63,398 nt of DNA from a virus (Duplodnaviria > Caudoviricetes). Each line of letters starts with the position of its first letter. Within the stretch, counting starts at the first letter, position 1. Both the position numbers and the translations under genes were made by a program. The notes under the pieces were generated by a model that was not told the DNA's origin, searched no databases, and saw nothing but the letters and a program-made list of their open reading frames with translations. The stretch lies in the IMG/VR virus record IMGVR_UViG_3300032271_000550, positions 1 to 63,398 of that record. One strand, written 5' to 3'. Positions 63,293-63,398 of this stretch are shown one piece after another.

Positions 63293-63376
63293 TTGTTGAG
63301 TTGGTTGCTTATTTGCTTATAAAAGCTGTTTAGACTTCCTCCGTCTGTCTAAGCAAATAAGCAACCAACTCAACAA
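63293..63376. repeat. long perfect inverted repeat, copy 3 (27-bp arms, 30-nt loop)
   Basis: TTGTTGAGTTGGTTGCTTATTTGCTTA ... TAAGCAAATAAGCAACCAACTCAACAA. Confidence 0.95.
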
Positions 63377-63398
63377 ACTTGGTAGGCAAAAGCCCGCC

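Noticed and set aside
60662-63376. Inverted-repeat elements as a CRISPR array or IS/MITE
   Set aside because: Copies are dispersed 0.8-1.7 kb apart rather than tandem with spacers; no cas operon or transposase; no clean target-site duplication; inner arms differ yet stay paired.
1-63398. Alternative genetic code or stop-codon reassignment
   Set aside because: Known genes are full length in the standard code, use all three stops, and no suppressor tRNA is present.

Overview
A 63.4-kb slice of a large tailed-phage genome with a contractile (myovirus-type) tail, most likely infecting an actinobacterium. The host clues are whiB, an actinobacterial-type short-arm tRNA-Leu(TAA), AGAAAGG-type RBSs and likely leaderless genes. 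Order along the window: small Lys-rich ORFs (1-1.4 kb); tail and baseplate module (1.4-18.3 kb); replication genes (initiator, DnaC-like loader, DnaB, primase, SNF2 helicase; 18.4-25 kb); a tRNA-flanked minus-strand lysis/surface-protein block (25.7-30.7 kb); NlpC/P60, thioredoxin, Hsp20, SSB, PolA, RecA, WhiB, Cas4-like, RuvC-like, SpoVS and a metallophosphoesterase (30.8-44.4 kb); small late-type ORFs, a nucleotidyltransferase/HAD-like/TGT-like cluster and class II RNR (44.4-52.9 kb); and a minus-strand early-type region of small acidic ORFs plus a MoxR AAA+/VWA pair (53-63.4 kb). No capsid, portal, terminase or integrase was recognised. The most unusual signal is non-coding and occurs three times at 60.2-63.4 kb. 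Each copy has a perfect 26-27-bp inverted repeat with an invariant 12-bp outer arm (TTGTTGAGTTGG), fully compensated inner arms and a loop motif found in both orientations. Each copy also sits next to an array of 11-bp GTTCAC-type direct repeats resembling actinobacterial PHO boxes, and two copies adjoin hairpins whose loops display an anti-Shine-Dalgarno sequence. Other leads are a +1 frameshift in the tail chaperone, a thioredoxin start 2 nt after a tRNA, a four-hairpin Hsp20 leader and a spike OB-fold split by a jelly-roll insert. All protein calls come from motif recognition and gene context by eye; no searches were run.
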